From assembly GCA_039583615.1 (NCBI GenBank), contig JAVKSQ010000007.1, forward strand, positions 10,960 to 74,959: a stretch of 64,000 bases of DNA, in the 5' to 3' direction. The translations under genes and the position numbers were made by a program. Below the pieces are notes generated by a model. The model was not told the origin of the DNA and made no database searches. It was given only the letters and a program-made list of their open reading frames with translations. This document shows positions 61,279-64,000 of this stretch, one piece after another. The stretch is from Acidimicrobiales bacterium (GTDB lineage Bacteria; Actinomycetota; Acidimicrobiia; Acidimicrobiales; QHCF01). How positions within the stretch are numbered: position 1 is the stretch's first letter; every line of letters begins with the position of its first letter.

Positions 61279-61686
61279 CTACCCCTCCAGGCGAGAGACT
61301 GCCTCGGCCTCGGTCGGGTCCGCCGGTGTGTCCAGGAAGGCGGTGACCATCTCGCTGGCCACCGGCGGGGAGGTCAGCCGCAACCCGATGACCAGCACGT
61401 TGGCGTCGTTCCAGCGCCTTGCTCCTCGGGCCGTCTCGGCGTCGGTGCACAACGCCGCCCTCGCCCCCCTCACCTTGTTGGCCGCCATGGAGACTCCGGT
61501 CCCGGTCCAGCAGCACACCACGCCCCGGTGTGCGAGACCCCCGGCCACCGCCTCGCCGACCGTGCGTCCCACGCCGGTCCACGAGCCGGTGGGCACCACG
61601 TCGACCTGGTGCCCCCGCCGTCGGAGGTCGTCGATGATCTCCCCGGTGAGGGCAGTGTCCTCGTCGGTGCCGAAGGCGATCTTCAT
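61279..61686 (-). CDS. rpiB: Ribose-5-phosphate isomerase B / LacAB-family sugar-phosphate isomerase
   Basis: MKIAFGTDEDT.., CCWTGTGVSMAANKVRGARAAL (catalytic Cys region), 135 aa. Confidence 0.8.
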   Translation of the reverse strand: MKIAFGTDEDTALTGEIIDDLRRRGHQVDVVPTGSWTGVGRTVGEAVAGGLAHRGVVCCWTGTGVSMAANKVRGARAALCTDAETARGARRWNDANVLVIGLRLTSPPVASEMVTAFLDTPADPTEAEAVSRLEG

Positions 61687-61729
61687 ATGCCCGAAAAGGT
61701 ACCTCTCCCGCCGCCGGTCCCCTGCTCGC

Positions 61730-62737
61730 TCACGTCCGGCGCGGCACCCATTCCGGCCTGGCCACCCGGCCCATGAGGGCGGGGATCACATCCACCGCCT
61801 TCCGGCCGCCGTAGAGGACGGCGACCACCTGTTGGGCAATTGGCACCTCGACGTGGTGCCGACCGGCCAGCTCCACCACCGCCTTGGAGGTCTTGACCCC
61901 CTCGGCCACCATGCGCATGTCGGCCACCACCTCGTCGAGGGTGGCGCCCTGGGCGATCGCCTCCCCGACGTGACGGTTGCGGCTCTGGCGGCTCATGCAG
62001 GTGGCTACCAGGTCGCCCATGCCGGCCAGCCCCGAGAAGGTGAGGGGGTTGCCGCCCAGCGCCACCCCCAGCCGGGTCAGCTCGGCCAGGCCTCGTGTCA
62101 CCAGGGCAGCCCGGGTGTTGTCACCGAACCCCATGCCGTCGGCCATGCCGGACGCGATGGCCATCACGTTCTTGAGGGCGCCGGCCATCTCGCAGCCCAC
62201 CACGTCAGGATTGGTGTACACGCGGAAGGTCTCGTGTGACAGCAGTCGCTGCAGCTCGCCGGCCAGGTTGTCGTCGCCGGAGGCCACCACGCTGGCTGCC
62301 GGGTGGCCGGCTACCACCTCGCGCGCCAGGTTGGGGCCGGTGAGCACGGCCGCCGGATGGCCGGGGACGACCTCTGCGATCAGCTCGGTCATGCGCCTGA
62401 GGGTGCCCGGCTCGAGGCCCTTGGCCAGGCTGACCACCGGCACTCCGACCGCCAGAAAGGCCGAGGCCTGCCTGAGGATGTCCCGAAAGCCGTGCGACGG
62501 TACCGCCATCACCACCAGGTCGGCCCCGTCCAGCGCCTCCTCCAGAGAGGAGGTGGCAGCCAGGCGCTCGGGGAGCACGGTGGTGGGCAGGTAGTCGCGG
62601 TTCACGTGGTCGGTGGCGATCAGTCGGGCCAGCTCCGCCCGCCGAGCCCACAGCACGGTGGGTGCCTTGGCCACCGTGATGGCGGCCACCGTCGTGCCCC
62701 ACGAGCCGGCGCCCACCACGCTGACCCGGGTCGCCAC
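61730..62737 (-). CDS. gpsA: NAD(P)H-dependent glycerol-3-phosphate dehydrogenase
   Basis: GTG 62737. VSVVGAGSWGTTVA, GPNLAREV, GALKNVMAIASG. 335 aa. The rest of the 604-aa track ORF is read-through. Confidence 0.9.
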   Translation of the reverse strand: MATRVSVVGAGSWGTTVAAITVAKAPTVLWARRAELARLIATDHVNRDYLPTTVLPERLAATSSLEEALDGADLVVMAVPSHGFRDILRQASAFLAVGVPVVSLAKGLEPGTLRRMTELIAEVVPGHPAAVLTGPNLAREVVAGHPAASVVASGDDNLAGELQRLLSHETFRVYTNPDVVGCEMAGALKNVMAIASGMADGMGFGDNTRAALVTRGLAELTRLGVALGGNPLTFSGLAGMGDLVATCMSRQSRNRHVGEAIAQGATLDEVVADMRMVAEGVKTSKAVVELAGRHHVEVPIAQQVVAVLYGGRKAVDVIPALMGRVARPEWVPRRT

Positions 62738-62782
62738 CGTCCCAAGGTAGCCGTAGGCCGGCTTGCCCGTAGGCTGGGCGAC

Positions 62783-63412
62783 ATGGCGGCCCACAGCGAC
62801 GGCCGGCAGGCCGCGGCCGACGGGCGGCCTACCACCTCGGACCTGGGGCCTCAGGCGGTGCTGTTGCCGGTCAAGGCGTTCACCAGCGCCAAGTTGCGCC
62901 TGGTGCCCGCCCTTACCGGTCCTGAGCGGGCCGCGCTGGCTCGCTCCATGGCTGACCAGGTGCTGGCGGCCGCTGGTCACCTGCCGGTGGCAGTGGCATG
63001 CGACGACCCGGAGGTGGCTGCCTGGGCCCGGCGCCACCGCGCCCTGGTGGTCTGGGCCCCGGGACGGGGACTCAACGGCGCAGTGGCGGCTGGCGTGCGC
63101 ACCCTTGGGAGGCTCGGCGTCCAGCAGGTGACGGTGGCTCACGCCGACCTTCCTCTGGCGTCCGACCTCACCTGGCTGGCTGGCTTCGCCGGGGTGACCC
63201 TGGTGCCCGACCGGCGGCTGGACGGCACCAACGTGGCGTGCGTACCGACCACCGCCGGGTATCGCTTTTCCTACGGACCGGGCTCGTTCCGGCGCCACCG
63301 GCTGGAGGCCACCCGACTGGGCCTGGCCCTGCGGGTGGTCAACGAGCCCTCTCTGGCCTGGGACGTCGACGTGCCGGCGGACCTCGACTTCGCTGCCGCC
63401 AGAGGAAGGTGA
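62783..63412 (+). CDS. cofC: 2-phospho-L-lactate (phosphoenolpyruvate) guanylyltransferase, F420 biosynthesis
   Basis: ATG 62783. LLPVKAFTSAKLRL, GLNGAV, HADLPLA, DGTNVA, GPGSFRRH. Divergent from gpsA, as fbiD is in Mycobacterium. Confidence 0.8.
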   Translation: MAAHSDGRQAAADGRPTTSDLGPQAVLLPVKAFTSAKLRLVPALTGPERAALARSMADQVLAAAGHLPVAVACDDPEVAAWARRHRALVVWAPGRGLNGAVAAGVRTLGRLGVQQVTVAHADLPLASDLTWLAGFAGVTLVPDRRLDGTNVACVPTTAGYRFSYGPGSFRRHRLEATRLGLALRVVNEPSLAWDVDVPADLDFAAARGR

Positions 63413-64000
63413 TGCCACCGTTGGCGGTGGGTTGCTCACGCCGGGCCGTCGAGGCACTGGCCCGCCTGGAGCGTGAGGGGCGCCTCCCGGCGGCGGTGAG
63501 GCCGGTGCTGGTGGGTCGGGACGGGGTCGAGCCCAGCCAGGCACGGGGGGCGGAGGTCCTCTGGCGCACGGGGGTGGCCTCCGCTGACTGGCTGGGCCAT
63601 GCCGTTGACCAGCTCCCCGACCTGGCCTGGGTCCACTCCGACTTCGTCGGGGTGGACAACCTCTCTCTGGCCGAGCTGTGCCAGCGGGGCATCATCTTGA
63701 CCAACGGGGCTGGCAACTACTCGCGTCCCATGGCCGAGTGGGTCCTGCTGGCCATGCTGAGCGCCGCCAAGGACCTGCCCCGTCTGGTGCGCCAGTCCGA
63801 CTCCGGCGTCTGGGAGCCCGGTCCGGAGCTGTCCGAGCTGGTGGGGGCCCGTCTGTTGATGCTCGGGCTGGGCTCGGTCGGCCGGCTGGTGGCGGAGATG
63901 GCGGTCCCCTTGGGCCTGCGGGTGACGGCTGCGGTCCGCTCCCCGCGGGACGTACCGCCGGCGGGAGTGGAGCGCCTGGTGGTGGGAGCCGCCTGGAGGG
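63412..64000 (+). CDS. D-isomer-specific 2-hydroxyacid dehydrogenase family protein; 3' end lies outside the window
   Basis: ATG 63412 overlaps the cofC stop (ATGA-type) and lies 2 nt after GAGGAAGG. ..ILTNGAGNYSRPMAEWVL.. and NAD motif LGLGSVGRLVA. The frame is open to the window end, so it is absent from the ORF track. Confidence 0.7.
   Translation, partial: MPPLAVGCSRRAVEALARLEREGRLPAAVRPVLVGRDGVEPSQARGAEVLWRTGVASADWLGHAVDQLPDLAWVHSDFVGVDNLSLAELCQRGIILTNGAGNYSRPMAEWVLLAMLSAAKDLPRLVRQSDSGVWEPGPELSELVGARLLMLGLGSVGRLVAEMAVPLGLRVTAAVRSPRDVPPAGVERLVVGAAWR

Noticed and set aside
1-64000. Mobile elements, prophage genes, integrases, rRNA/tRNA genes
   Set aside because: No transposase, integrase, capsid or terminase motif and no tRNA/rRNA-like conserved segment was found in any frame I read. 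The window looks like core chromosome with small accessory inserts.

Overview
Very GC-rich chromosomal segment (GC not computed), almost wall-to-wall coding. It looks like Actinomycetota: a mycothiol amidase (Mca), the F420 gene cofC/fbiD next to gpsA, dapA-rnj-ftsK synteny, an ImuA'-ImuB/DnaE2 mutasome, and many GTGA/ATGA-coupled or leaderless-looking starts. I support about 60 CDS. Main blocks: (1) housekeeping genes: dapA, rnj, ftsK, metE, malQ, gdh, rnhB, rpiB, gpsA; (2) transport genes: a ClC channel, an ABC-2 exporter, an APC permease, an MFS transporter, livGFHM plus binding protein, MscS, TatA; (3) an ECF sigma / RskA-type anti-sigma pair divergent from a cupredoxin lipoprotein and three tandem Tat-signal ferritin-like paralogues; (4) an SOS mutasome split by a 2.8-kb insert, with one perfect GAAC-N4-GTTC LexA box in front of each half; (5) a GH15 / TPP-enzyme / membrane protein / gluconate-2-DH-subunit-3-like / GMC-oxidoreductase gene string. 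I found no rRNA, tRNA, CRISPR array, transposase or prophage gene. The only decayed or accessory-looking spot is a frameshifted PIN (VapC) remnant joined to an Uma2-family gene. The most unusual non-coding structures are a 14-bp x 6.5 tandem array upstream of the GNAT/patatin operon, a four-fold ATGGTGA start/stop ladder at the metE start, and three CCGGTGAACC direct repeats in the sigma/cupredoxin divergent region. Most very long ORFs in the supplied track are GC-driven shadow frames and were rejected. All functional calls come from reading translated motifs by eye; no database search was run.
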